Shown: positions 8,712 through 18,243, numbered from the stretch's first letter. The stretch is DNA of 64,000 nucleotides from Verrucomicrobiaceae bacterium (GCA_051252135.1 JBPOGH010000004.1:193591-257590); one strand, 5' to 3'. Notes: a model not told the origin generated them from the letters alone. Made by a program: numbers and translations.

Positions 8712-10685
8712 TTAATTTTTTGATGAGGCGGATTGGATGAAGGCACGGATGGCTTCGAATTGTTTGGCGGAGTCGCCCCCGAGGAGTTCGGGTTTGAAGG
8801 CGGAGCCGTCGTCGTTGGTATACTTGGGCATTTTGGTATCGGGGACCATGCGGGTGGGGTTTTGCATCCACTGGTGGAAGTAACCGGGGCGGAGTCGGTG
8901 GTGGGAGAGGGCGAAGTTGATGCCCTGGACCTCGAAGGCGGCGAGGGCGGGGGCGTCTCCGATGGCGTGGCAGGTGACGCAGGCGTATCCGGTCATGCCG
9001 ACGAGGTCTTTTCCGATGGTGACGAGGTCAGCGGGAGGTGCTTCGGCGGATGGGGTGGAGGGTGCGAGTCCGGGTTGGGCGGAGAGTCCGTGGGCGAGTC
9101 CTTTTGCGTGGAGCGGGAAGGCGGGCATGCGCATGTCGAGCCAGGGGCGCGGGGAGGGGGTGACTTTTCCGAGGAGCATTTTCTCGAGGTAGTTGCTGTG
9201 GAGCATGGCGCCCATGTGGGTGAGGGGCGGGCGGGACTGCTCGAGTTTTTCGCTGTGTCCCTCGATGTGGGCGACGAGTGATTTGGACTCGGCGTGGTTG
9301 GCGGTGAGGAGGGAGGCCTTACCGTCCTGAACGTGGCAGGAGTTGCAGCGGAGGGCTTCGGTTTGGCGGGCGGCGTAGGCGGCGGGGTTGTCGAACTTGA
9401 GTTTGTTGAGAAGGGTGGGGGCGGCCTGGGTGAGGGCGGTTTTTTCATCGGCGGTGAGGATGAGGCGGGGTGAGTTGCCGCGTTTTTCATCGGGGCCGAG
9501 GCAGCCTTGGTCGGACCAATTTTTGAGGTCGGCGAGTTGGGGAGCAGGAGAGGTGGAGGCGGGGAGTCCCTGGTGGCAGGAGGCGCAGTTGAGTTGGGCG
9601 GCGAGGGTTTGGCCGCGGGCGGGATCGCCGGGAGGGAACTCGGAGGGATCGGGGGTGTGGCGGCCGGTGGATTCGGCGGTGAGGAAGGCGGCGAGGGAAG
9701 CGGCTTCGTCATCGCTGAGCTGGAAGTCCGGCATTTTGATGGCCTGATGGTTTTTGGTGGGTTCCTTGAGGAAGGTGACGAGGGAGTCGCCGAGGAATTT
9801 GGTGGCGACGTTGTTGAGGGGGATGCGGTGGGTGTTGAAGTCGTGCTCGTGATTCGAGGGGAGGGTGTGGCAGGCGACGCAACCGAGATTGTGGAAGATG
9901 CCGCCGCCTGCTTGGGCGAGGGTTTTGTCGGGGGCGGGGCCGGCGGGAGATTTTTTGAGGGTGGCGAGGTAGGCTCCGAGATCGGCGGCGGCTTGGGCGC
10001 CTTCGGGTTTGGTGTGATCGACCATGGCGGGCATGGTGGTGGTGGGCTTAAGTTTGTCGGGCTGGGCGATCCAGCGGGTGAGCCAGGGCTCGGAGGCGCG
10101 GTCGCCAATGGCGGTGAGGTCGGGAGCGGTGTGGCCGAGCTCGGGCATGGCGTGGGGGCCGAGGTCACCGGTGGCGTGGCACTTGGTGCAGTTGTGCGAG
10201 GCGACGAGGTGGGCGGGGTCGATGGAGTCGTCGAGTTTTTTGAAAGCGGTGGAGGGGACGGGCTCGAGGGGGAAGGTGTTGCTACCTTCCCACATGAGGC
10301 GGAAGGTGGCGGGGCCTTCGGCGGGAGGGGAGTAGGTGAGGGAGAGGGGGTGTTCGCCGGGATTAAGGCGGAGGCGTTTTGATGGTTCGGCGGAGAGGTC
10401 GCCGGTGAGGTTGAGGACTTCTTCGTCGCCGATTTTTAGCGAAGCGGTTCCGGAGCCCTGGAAGGAGAAGTAAAGGCGGGCGCGCTTGTCGATGATGAGG
10501 TTTCCGGTCCAGGTGGCGGTGAAGGTGCCGGGGGCGAGTCCTTGGGCGGGAGGGGTTCCTTCTTCGAGGTGGAGGGCGGGGAAGCGGGTCTCCGTGGTGA
10601 CGGATTGCTCGCCCTGGGTGAAGGTGGCGAGGAGTCCGGCGGAGGCGAATCCGGGGAGGAGAAGGAGGAGGGTGAGGAGGCGCAT
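8712..10685 (-). CDS. Secreted PA14-domain multihaem c-type cytochrome (5 CxxCH)
   Basis: Signal peptide MRLLTLLLLLP. FTATWTGNL PA14-like region. CTKCH, CVACH, CASCH, CNSCH and CVTCH with MP axial motifs. Confidence 0.88.
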   Translation of the reverse strand: MRLLTLLLLLPGFASAGLLATFTQGEQSVTTETRFPALHLEEGTPPAQGLAPGTFTATWTGNLIIDKRARLYFSFQGSGTASLKIGDEEVLNLTGDLSAEPSKRLRLNPGEHPLSLTYSPPAEGPATFRLMWEGSNTFPLEPVPSTAFKKLDDSIDPAHLVASHNCTKCHATGDLGPHAMPELGHTAPDLTAIGDRASEPWLTRWIAQPDKLKPTTTMPAMVDHTKPEGAQAAADLGAYLATLKKSPAGPAPDKTLAQAGGGIFHNLGCVACHTLPSNHEHDFNTHRIPLNNVATKFLGDSLVTFLKEPTKNHQAIKMPDFQLSDDEAASLAAFLTAESTGRHTPDPSEFPPGDPARGQTLAAQLNCASCHQGLPASTSPAPQLADLKNWSDQGCLGPDEKRGNSPRLILTADEKTALTQAAPTLLNKLKFDNPAAYAARQTEALRCNSCHVQDGKASLLTANHAESKSLVAHIEGHSEKLEQSRPPLTHMGAMLHSNYLEKMLLGKVTPSPRPWLDMRMPAFPLHAKGLAHGLSAQPGLAPSTPSAEAPPADLVTIGKDLVGMTGYACVTCHAIGDAPALAAFEVQGINFALSHHRLRPGYFHQWMQNPTRMVPDTKMPKYTNDDGSAFKPELLGGDSAKQFEAIRAFIQSASSKN

Positions 10686-10865
10686 GGTGGGCTGGGTTGA
10701 GTGGGGGAAGAATGAACGATTTGAGAATTGGATGAATGGATGATTGGCCGGGTTGGGGGGGCTTGCGAAGCGAAGCGGCGGGCGCCGCGACTCCATTGGG
10801 GGCTTGGGTTGGGGGGAAGCGGGCAGGAATGCCCACTCTCCTTATTCCGGGTTGAGGGGGAAGAG

Positions 10866-10892
10866 AAAGCGGCGGTTTGGGGCCGCCGCTTT
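10866..10892. terminator. Hairpin AAAGCGGCGG-N-CCGCCGCTTT downstream of the DUF1080 gene
   Basis: 10-bp stem 20 nt after the stop at 10912. Confidence 0.55.
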
Positions 10893-10911
10893 GAGGGAGA
10901 GATTGGTTACC

Positions 10912-13788
10912 TTACTTGATGGTGTGGATGGTGTTGTGGATGGTGCCGATGAGTTCGTCGCCGTCGGTGGATTCGAGGTCGTAGTCGATGCGCATTTGCT
11001 CGGTGGGCTTGTGGCCTTCGAGTTCGATGTGGATGCTTTTGCCATCGCGGCCGAGCTTGGCTGAGAGGACCTTGACCTTGTCCTGGACGCGGTGGTTTTT
11101 GGACTCCTTTTCGGCGGCGGTTTTTTCAGCGGCGGCATCGGGGTGATCGACGGAGAAGTGGCCGGATCCGTATTGTGAGCTACGGACGTACTTCCAACGT
11201 TGGACGGTGAAGGAGGTGGGGTCGTTGGCGAGTTCTTCGTCGAGTTCCTGATCAAAGGTGATTTTAATTCCTTTGTCGGTGACGTCGAGGGCGGTGGGGA
11301 GCGGGTTGGGGGCGTCGGCGTTGTGACGGATGCGCTGGAAGGCGGCCTCGTTGGCGGCGTTGGTCTGCCAGCCGCGGAATCCGCAGACATACATCGAGCC
11401 ATCCGGGTGGAAGGCGGCGCGTTGTGCGGAGGAGCCGAGCTTGAGGGGGAGTTTGGCAACGCCACCCTGGTAGCGGCCATCACCGATCTTTTCACGAAGG
11501 ACGTGGTAGATGGAGGATTGTCCGTAGGAGAGGTGGAGGAGTTCGCCGGCGGGGATGCCGATTTTTGCTTCCTTGGTGACCCAGAGTTGTCCGCCGCCGG
11601 AGTTGTCGACGTTCATGGGGAGGTAGCAGAGGGGCTCGGTGTAGGGGGTCTCGTTGCCGTGGCGGGCGTTCTCCACTCCGAAGAATGCTTTCTCGCTGCC
11701 GGTGGGCTCGAAGTAGTTGATCTTACAGCAGGGCTGCCAGGTTCCTTCGTTTTCGCCGGTGGTGATTTCGCCATTGGGTCCGACGCCGATGCCGCCGGGG
11801 GCACGGAGTCCGGTGGCGAGGATTTCGAGGGTGGAGCCATCAGCGGAGACCTTCATGAAGGCGCCGTTGTGGGGGAGGATTTTGTCAAATCCGCGACCGC
11901 CGGGAAGGACGGGGGAGGCTTTGGCGAAGTAGAAGTTTCCGTCCTTGTCGGTCTCGAGGCCGAATTGGAATTCGTGGAAGTTGTTGGTGATGAGGACGTC
12001 GTTATTGAAGATCTTGAACTCATCGGCTTCGCCGTCGTTATTGAGATCGCGGGCCTGCCAGATGGCGTCGCGGCCGGCGATGTGGGGGACGTCGTTGACG
12101 ATGCGGAGGCCGAGGGGTTCGAAGAATCCGGTGGCCCAGCGTTTCCAGGTGAGGGTGTTGAATTCCTTGAGTCCGGAGACGAGCCAGATGTCTCCGTCCC
12201 AGGTGGAGAGGAGGGCGCGGTCTCCGTCGGAGAAGAAGTCGAAATCGCTCATGCGGACCTTACCGAGGTAAGGGGAGTCGTTGAGCGCGGGTGGGAGGGG
12301 GATGGTGTCGACGAGCCAGGGGTTATCGGAGGAATCGATTTGGGCTTCGACGGTGAAGGTCTCGGGCGAGATGCCGGGGCCGGCCTTGAGGTAGGGGGCG
12401 AAGGGGACGGGCTGGGTGACGTCGCCCTGGCCATTGCGCGAGTAGAGAAGGGAGACGGTGCGCTTTTCGGAACTGGGGGCGAGGTGGAGGAAGTGGGTGC
12501 CGTTATCGACGGTGACCTTGGCTCCGGTGCCGAGGAGTTTGAGGGCGAAGTCTTTTTCCGCGGAGGTATCGAGGAGGCGGCAGACGAGTGGTTTGTCGTG
12601 CGCGTCGATTTCCATGAGGCGGGTGAGGCCGTTCCGGTTGTCGGCGAGGTAGTCGCGGATTTCGGTGCCGTTGATGGCGTAGTGAAGGATGATGCCATTT
12701 CCATTCCGGAGGTATCCGAGGAATTTGGTGTTGGGCATATTGCCGTGACCGGGGATGGGGCGGGTGTCCTCGAAGGAGCCGTTGGCATCCGCCCAGACGG
12801 GACCGGAAGCGGCGGTGAAGAGGGAGTTCTTTTCGTTAAGGAGTTTGTTGACCTGTCCGTGGCCACCGCCCCAGGGGGTGTTGTGAAGGGCGGTGCCTTC
12901 GTTGGTGGCGGAGACGAGGGAGAGGGTCTCGAGATTGAAGAGGGCCTGCCGGGTGGGGATGGCGGAGTAGGAGAGGGCGAGGCCTTTGATGGCGGACTCG
13001 GGGCGGTATTCGCCCTTGAACCAATCGGAGAAGCTTTGGAAGAAGGCGGGGCCGTGGTCGGCGATGCGGTACCAATCGGGTTTGCCTTTGGTCTCACCGC
13101 CCTTGCGGGTGGGCATCATGGGAGTGGTGATGGGGTCGGCCTTGGCCCAGTATTGGACGAGCTCGGAGCGGGGGACGCCGGCCAAGGCGAGGACTTCGAG
13201 GAGGGTGCCTCCTTTGCCGCGGTTTTCGACGGAGATGTTGCGGAACTGGACGGGGGAGCCGTCGTCGTGGTTTTGGATGCCGACGAAGCCCTTGACATCG
13301 CCACGCCCGGGTTGGGTGATGAAGATGTTGATGAGTTTGCCGTTGAGGAGGATGGCGATTTTTTCGTTGGCGGCGATGATGTGGTAGTCATTCCATTCGC
13401 CGATTTTGACGGGGTTGGCGATGGGGGCCTGGATTTCGTAGACGGAGCCGGTTTGGTTATTGGCGACCTGATCGCCGGCGATCTGGATTTCGTAGCCTTC
13501 CTTGACGGCGACCCAGGGGTCATTGCCGGGATCGGGGAAGCGGAGAAAGACGCCGGAGTTTTGCTTGGGGTCGTCGAGTTTGAACTGGAGGTGGAGGGAG
13601 AAGTTGTGGAGCTCGGTTTCGTGCCACCAGAGGCCCATGCCTCCTTTGGCGGTGGCGACGCCATCGGCGATTCCGAAGGAACCGGGGCCGGCCATTTTCC
13701 AGCCATCGGGGTTGCCATTGAAGAGAACGGTCTTGGCCTGGGTGAGGGGCGCCAGGCCGAGGAGGAGAGGAAGGATGAGCTTGTGCAT
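10912..13788 (-). CDS. DUF1080 (3-keto-disaccharide hydrolase-like) domain fused to a PVC-type beta-propeller (DUF6797 / sugar-dehydrogenase-like)
   Basis: NSGVFLR...YEIQI...GEWN...GIQNH...FRNI DUF1080 motifs. Propeller motifs GFFEPLGL, DLNNDGEAD, ATGLRAPGG. Confidence 0.8.
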   Translation of the reverse strand: MHKLILPLLLGLAPLTQAKTVLFNGNPDGWKMAGPGSFGIADGVATAKGGMGLWWHETELHNFSLHLQFKLDDPKQNSGVFLRFPDPGNDPWVAVKEGYEIQIAGDQVANNQTGSVYEIQAPIANPVKIGEWNDYHIIAANEKIAILLNGKLINIFITQPGRGDVKGFVGIQNHDDGSPVQFRNISVENRGKGGTLLEVLALAGVPRSELVQYWAKADPITTPMMPTRKGGETKGKPDWYRIADHGPAFFQSFSDWFKGEYRPESAIKGLALSYSAIPTRQALFNLETLSLVSATNEGTALHNTPWGGGHGQVNKLLNEKNSLFTAASGPVWADANGSFEDTRPIPGHGNMPNTKFLGYLRNGNGIILHYAINGTEIRDYLADNRNGLTRLMEIDAHDKPLVCRLLDTSAEKDFALKLLGTGAKVTVDNGTHFLHLAPSSEKRTVSLLYSRNGQGDVTQPVPFAPYLKAGPGISPETFTVEAQIDSSDNPWLVDTIPLPPALNDSPYLGKVRMSDFDFFSDGDRALLSTWDGDIWLVSGLKEFNTLTWKRWATGFFEPLGLRIVNDVPHIAGRDAIWQARDLNNDGEADEFKIFNNDVLITNNFHEFQFGLETDKDGNFYFAKASPVLPGGRGFDKILPHNGAFMKVSADGSTLEILATGLRAPGGIGVGPNGEITTGENEGTWQPCCKINYFEPTGSEKAFFGVENARHGNETPYTEPLCYLPMNVDNSGGGQLWVTKEAKIGIPAGELLHLSYGQSSIYHVLREKIGDGRYQGGVAKLPLKLGSSAQRAAFHPDGSMYVCGFRGWQTNAANEAAFQRIRHNADAPNPLPTALDVTDKGIKITFDQELDEELANDPTSFTVQRWKYVRSSQYGSGHFSVDHPDAAAEKTAAEKESKNHRVQDKVKVLSAKLGRDGKSIHIELEGHKPTEQMRIDYDLESTDGDELIGTIHNTIHTIK

Positions 13789-13865
13789 GGGATTGATAGA
13801 CTAGAAGAGACGTTTTTATACGGGGCAGGTCAACCGAGTCTTTGGAATCTTTCGCGCATTTTGGA

Positions 13866-14417
13866 ATGGCTGATGGCGCAAAAGGCGTCGAACATGGGGG
13901 CGTGTGGGACTGGATGCTTGAGACGACGTTGAATTGGGGTGTTTGGATCGCGACGGTGAGTCTGATTATCCTGGGATTAATTGGGACGATTGTGCCTTTT
14001 CTGCCGGGGCATTTGTTGATTTTTGCGGCGGCGTGGATTCCCTTTTTATCGTTGGACGACGGGGGTGGGGTGGATTGGTGGGGGATGATTGCGCTGGGGG
14101 TGGGGTTGGTCTTGGCCCAGGCGCTGGAGTTTTTGAGTGGCGCGATGGGGGCGCGGTGGTTTGGCGGGACGAAGTGGGGGGCCTTTGGGGCGTTTGCGGG
14201 AGGGATTGTGGGGTTGTTCTTTCTGCCGTTTGGCTTGTTGCTGGGACCGTTGATTGGAGCGGCGGGGTGTGAGTGGCTGTTGGCGGAGAAGACGGTGAAG
14301 CCGGCTACGGTATCGGGTGTGGGTTCGGTGATTGGGACGGTGGCGGGGATGGGGATGAAGATTGTGGTGGCGGTGTTGATGGTGGTGGTGTTTGTGGTGG
14401 ATTTGTTTTGGTGGTGA
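13866..14417 (+). CDS. DUF456-family membrane protein (start uncertain)
   Basis: GLIGTIVPFLPG, GARWFGGTKWG, GLLLGPLIGA; several hydrophobic helices. Confidence 0.85.
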   Translation: MADGAKGVEHGGVWDWMLETTLNWGVWIATVSLIILGLIGTIVPFLPGHLLIFAAAWIPFLSLDDGGGVDWWGMIALGVGLVLAQALEFLSGAMGARWFGGTKWGAFGAFAGGIVGLFFLPFGLLLGPLIGAAGCEWLLAEKTVKPATVSGVGSVIGTVAGMGMKIVVAVLMVVVFVVDLFWW

Positions 14418-14579
14418 TTTTTTTTGTGGGAGGGGAGTGGGTTTTGCAGGTGTGCGGGAGATTGAGCGATTGGCTTTTGGCTTTTGGCTTTTTTGAGAGC
14501 TTGGGTGAGGGGGAAGTTAGCGACGTTACAAATTGGGGGAAGTTGTTGCGGGGGTGGGGAAAATGAATAGAGTGGCGGT

Positions 14580-14926
14580 CCGCTCCCCGGGCAGTCGCTG
14601 GTTTTCGCAAGAAGGCTGGAGGAAAGTCCGGACACTAAAGAGCAGTGTGCCTTATGAAAATGAGGGACGGTGGTTCGTGAGGGCCGCCGGACAGATAGTG
14701 CCGCAGAAAATATACCGCCTCTTTCGGGAGGTAAGGGTGAAATGGTGGGGTAAGAGCCCACCGCGCCGAGGGTGACCGAGGTGGCAGGGTAAACCTCTCA
14801 CAGTGCAAGACAGAACAGGGGAAGGGCTGCTCGTCCGTTCATCCCCGGGTAATAGTCGCAGAGATAAATGACTGCCAAGGCTGGCAATTGGGCCAGCTGA
14901 ACAGAATCCGGCTTACAGGGGAGCGG
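14580..14926 (+). ncRNA. rnpB: RNase P RNA, type A
   Basis: GAGGAAAGTCC, AGGGTGAAA and ACAGAATCCGGCTTA conserved segments. P1 formed by CCGCTCCCC/GGGGAGCGG. Confidence 0.97.
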
Positions 14927-15001
14927 CCTCTGCCCCTTCGGGGATTTTTCAGTTGGCAGGAGACAGTTTTCAGTTTCCTGGGCTCCGGCCCTGAGGGTTG
15001 A

Positions 15002-17899
15002 TTATTTGGTGAGGGCGTCGTCGAGGTTGAGGATGGTGGAGGCGACGATGGTGTAGGCGGCGCCGTCGGGGGTGCCGGCGAGGGAGTCGAAGTCTTTGGG
15101 GTTCTTTTCGAAGTCGGCAACGGTGCGCTCGAAGAGGCGGGTGAGGATTTCGAGTTGTTTTGGGGTGGGCTTGAGGGAGGTGGCGATGCGGAAGCCGGTG
15201 GTGATTTTGTGGGCGACGTCGCCCTCGGTGTCATACTTCATGCGGCGGGCGAGGGCTTGGGCCATTTCGGCGAAGGCTTCGTCATTGAGGACGGTGAGGG
15301 CGGCAAGGGGGGTGTTGGAAACGAGGCGGCGTGGGCTGCAGGTTTCGCGGGTGGGGGCGTCGAAGGCGCTGAAGGTGGGGTGGGGGATGCTGCGCTTGCG
15401 GTAGGTGTAGATGGCGCGGCGGTAGCGGTTGGGGTCACCGACTTGGGCGGCATTCCAGGGGCCGTCGTTGAAGGGTTTCCAGACGCCATCGGGGATGGGT
15501 GGGCGGACGGGGGGGCCGAAGAGGGTGGGGGTGAGGAGGCCGGAGGCGGCGAGGTGGTGGTCGCGGACGTGCTCGCCCGCGAGGCGGTTGCGGGGGCCGC
15601 GTGAGAGGAGGTAGTTTTGGGGATCCTTTTGGGAGGAGAGGGAGGATTGTTTGCTGGATTGGCGGTAGGTGGCGGAGGTGAGGATTTCGCGGATGAGGGC
15701 TTTGGTGGACCAGTTCATGTCGGTCTGAAAGCGGACGGCGAGATCGTCGAGGAGAGCGGGGTGTGAGGGGGGGAGTCCGGAGGAGCCGAAGTCCTCAAGG
15801 GTTTCGACGAGGCCGAGGCCGAAGAGCTTGTGCCAGATGCGGACGACCTGGACGCGGGCGGTGAAGGGATTTTCGGTGCTGGTGAGCCAGTTGGCGAGAT
15901 CGAGGCGGTTGGCTTTTTCGCCGGCGGGATTGAGCGGGTGGAGGGTGGCGGGGGTGCCGGGCAGGAGGGGTTCGGGGGCTTTTTCGAGCCAGTTGCCGCG
16001 CTCGAAGAGGTGGGTGGCGCGTTCGAGGTGGGGCGGGAGGTCGGCCATGGTGGGGAGGGGGATGGCGCCGAGTTTTGAGTAGGCGGCGAAGGAGGCGTCG
16101 CGCTCGCGGATTTGCGCGCGGGTGGTCTCGGAGGAAGTCCACTGGTGGAGGTCGGCGGAGTCGGTGAGTTCGAGGCGGCCGCGTCTGGTGGTGAGGGGGC
16201 CGGTGGGGGCGTTGGCGTTGTGGTTGAGCTCGAGGTGGAGGGTGGAGCCATCGGGAAGGGCGAGAGGGTCTTTGAGGACGAAGACGGCGGAGCGGGGGTG
16301 GTATTGGTGGGTGGCAGCGCCCCAACCGGAGCCGCCTTTTTTAAGGGAGTCGTCGGGATTGTAGAAGTTGGAGAAGTCATCCGAGAGGACGCGCTGGAGG
16401 GGGATTTCGCGGGGTTTTTCTTCGCCGGGGATGGTGGCGCGGAGGATGACGCGGGAGAGGACGGCTCCGAGCTCGGCGGTGTGTTTGGCCTTTTCGAGAT
16501 TGAGGGGAAGAGTGTGGACGCGGAAGGCGGTGAGGGTGGAAAGGGTGTCGGGTTTGGGGATGTCGAGCTTGAAGGCGACGTTGCGCGGGATGGTGCCTTT
16601 GGTGCGGAATTCGAGGTAGCCGTCTTCTTCCCTGGTGATGGAGCCGACTTTGGTGGCCTCGACGTTCATCCGGTTGACTTTGGTCCAGGTGGTGGCGGCG
16701 ATTTTTTGTTGGGATTGTTCGAAGAGGGCGCGGGCGAGTGATTCGCCTTTTTGTTTGAGCTGGAGGGCTTGGGGGTAGTCTTCGGTTTTCGCGGGGACGC
16801 GGAGGGTGGGGTAGTGGTTGCCGTGGTCGAGATCGCGGGTGGAGTTGAAGAAGGCGAGGAACTTGTAATATTCTTCGTGGCGGATGGGATCGTAGGGGTG
16901 GTCGTGGCACTGGATGCAGCCGAAGGTGATGCCCTGGAGGGCGTCCCAGGTGGTGTTGACGCGGTCCATGACGGCCATGGTGCGGAACTCGTCGTTGTCG
17001 GTGCCGCCCTCTTCGTTTTGTTGGGTGAGGCGGTGGAAATTGGTGGCGATGAGATCGTCAAAGGAGGGGTTGGGGAGGAGGTCTCCGGCGATTTGTTTTT
17101 TGACGAATTGATCGAAGGGCATGTCGGCATTGAGGGCGCGGATGACCCAGTCGCGGTAGGGCCAGGTGTTCCAGCGGCGGTCGGCGCCGAGGCCTTCGGA
17201 GTCGGCGTAGCGGGCGAGGTCGAGCCACTGGGTGGCCCATTTTTCGCCGAAGGAATCGCGGGCGAGGAGGTCATCGACGACTTGAGCGACGGCGGTGTCT
17301 GGATTTTCGGGGTAGGCGGCGGCGAATTGGTCGAGCTCGGCGATGGTGGGCGGGTAGCCGGTGAGATCGACGTGGAGGCGGCGCAGGAGGCGGTCGGCTT
17401 CGGCTGGTTCGGTGGGGGTGAGTCCTTCGTGCTCGAGGCGGGCGAGGATGAAGTGGTCGAGGGGGGCGATGGGCCAGTCTTTTTGGGAGACGGGGGGGAG
17501 TTCGTGGCGGGTGGGTTTTTCGAAGGACCAGTGGTTGTTCCAGATGGCGCCTTCTTTGATCCATTGGGTGACGAGGGCGATCTCGTGTGGGGGGAGGGCC
17601 GCTCCGTGGTCGGGTGGCGGCATAATGTCATCGGGATCGGTGGTGGTGATGCGGCGGATCATTTCCGAGGCATCGGGATCGCCGGGGACGACGACTTGTT
17701 TTCCGGATTTGCCTTTGGCGATGACCTGGTCGCGGAAGAGGAAGGAGACGTCGCCATTTTGTTTAACTCCTCCGTGGCATGCGGTGCAGTGGGCGTTGAG
17801 GATGGGGCGGATGTCGCGGGAGAAGTCAATGGGTTCAGCCGCCAGCAATTGGGAGGAGAGGGCGGAGGCAAAGAAGAGGCCAACCAATGAAATTCGCAT
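15002..17899 (-). CDS. PSCyt1/PSCyt2 (DUF1549) and PSD1 (DUF1553) planctomycete cytochrome c domain protein
   Basis: IDFSRDIRPIL...CTACHG, WLDLARYAD, CIQCHDH, PSHPALLD, YRQSS, SNTPLAAL. Confidence 0.93.
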   Translation of the reverse strand: MRISLVGLFFASALSSQLLAAEPIDFSRDIRPILNAHCTACHGGVKQNGDVSFLFRDQVIAKGKSGKQVVVPGDPDASEMIRRITTTDPDDIMPPPDHGAALPPHEIALVTQWIKEGAIWNNHWSFEKPTRHELPPVSQKDWPIAPLDHFILARLEHEGLTPTEPAEADRLLRRLHVDLTGYPPTIAELDQFAAAYPENPDTAVAQVVDDLLARDSFGEKWATQWLDLARYADSEGLGADRRWNTWPYRDWVIRALNADMPFDQFVKKQIAGDLLPNPSFDDLIATNFHRLTQQNEEGGTDNDEFRTMAVMDRVNTTWDALQGITFGCIQCHDHPYDPIRHEEYYKFLAFFNSTRDLDHGNHYPTLRVPAKTEDYPQALQLKQKGESLARALFEQSQQKIAATTWTKVNRMNVEATKVGSITREEDGYLEFRTKGTIPRNVAFKLDIPKPDTLSTLTAFRVHTLPLNLEKAKHTAELGAVLSRVILRATIPGEEKPREIPLQRVLSDDFSNFYNPDDSLKKGGSGWGAATHQYHPRSAVFVLKDPLALPDGSTLHLELNHNANAPTGPLTTRRGRLELTDSADLHQWTSSETTRAQIRERDASFAAYSKLGAIPLPTMADLPPHLERATHLFERGNWLEKAPEPLLPGTPATLHPLNPAGEKANRLDLANWLTSTENPFTARVQVVRIWHKLFGLGLVETLEDFGSSGLPPSHPALLDDLAVRFQTDMNWSTKALIREILTSATYRQSSKQSSLSSQKDPQNYLLSRGPRNRLAGEHVRDHHLAASGLLTPTLFGPPVRPPIPDGVWKPFNDGPWNAAQVGDPNRYRRAIYTYRKRSIPHPTFSAFDAPTRETCSPRRLVSNTPLAALTVLNDEAFAEMAQALARRMKYDTEGDVAHKITTGFRIATSLKPTPKQLEILTRLFERTVADFEKNPKDFDSLAGTPDGAAYTIVASTILNLDDALTK

Positions 17900-17954
17900 G
17901 ACGAAGAGGTTACTGGATTTTTAGGGCCTTTTTATCGAAGGATTCCGGAAACGC

Positions 17955-17981
17955 AAACGGCCCGCGAGTAGCGGGCCGTTT
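17955..17981. terminator. Intrinsic terminator AAACGGCCCGC-GAGTA-GCGGGCCGTTT
   Basis: Perfect 11-bp stem downstream of the tRNA-Leu and small-protein unit. Confidence 0.75.
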
Positions 17982-18004
17982 AGAAAAATAAGAAACGAGG
18001 TTTT

Positions 18005-18214
18005 TTAGCCTCCGAAGAGTCCCTTGGCCTTGTTCATGAGATCGCCGCCGACGTCCCCGAGATCGGGAGTTTCGCCCTTCATGAGGGAATCGGCGATGCC
18101 TTCCATGCCATCGGGGAGCTTATCCTTGATGAAGCCGAACACGGTTTCGATGATGGAATCGATTTGGTCTTCGGCGATGCCGAGACCGGCGAGTTTTTGT
18201 TTGAGTTCTTCCAT
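18005..18214 (-). CDS. Small helical hypothetical protein (69 aa, DUF2267-like)
   Basis: MEELKQKLAGLGI...AKGLFGG. The longer track ORF runs through the tRNA, so the start was reset to ATG 18214. Confidence 0.8.
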   Translation of the reverse strand: MEELKQKLAGLGIAEDQIDSIIETVFGFIKDKLPDGMEGIADSLMKGETPDLGDVGGDLMNKAKGLFGG

Positions 18215-18243
18215 TTTATTGGTCGTGGGGGTTTTTACAAAAG

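Larger units (their letters stand above)
3065..8792. mobile_element. Putative genomic island (about 5.6 kb) flanked by 60-bp direct repeats; no recombinase gene
   Basis: Direct repeats at 3065-3124 and 8733-8792. Interior is visibly AT-richer and less G-skewed than the flanks and carries two secreted-protein genes. Confidence 0.7.

Noticed and set aside
11200..13932. 910-aa plus-strand ORF and similar long Gly/Glu/Val-rich or Pro/Ser/Thr-rich ORFs (for example 8993-10168, 16751-17890, 32202-33596, 36004-37308, 51845-53068)
   Set aside because: Antisense or alternate-frame shadows of well-supported genes. They arise from GC-rich, skewed codon usage and show no family motifs.
13520..14761. 413-aa minus-strand ORF
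   Set aside because: Antisense to rnpB and the DUF456 gene; low-complexity translation.
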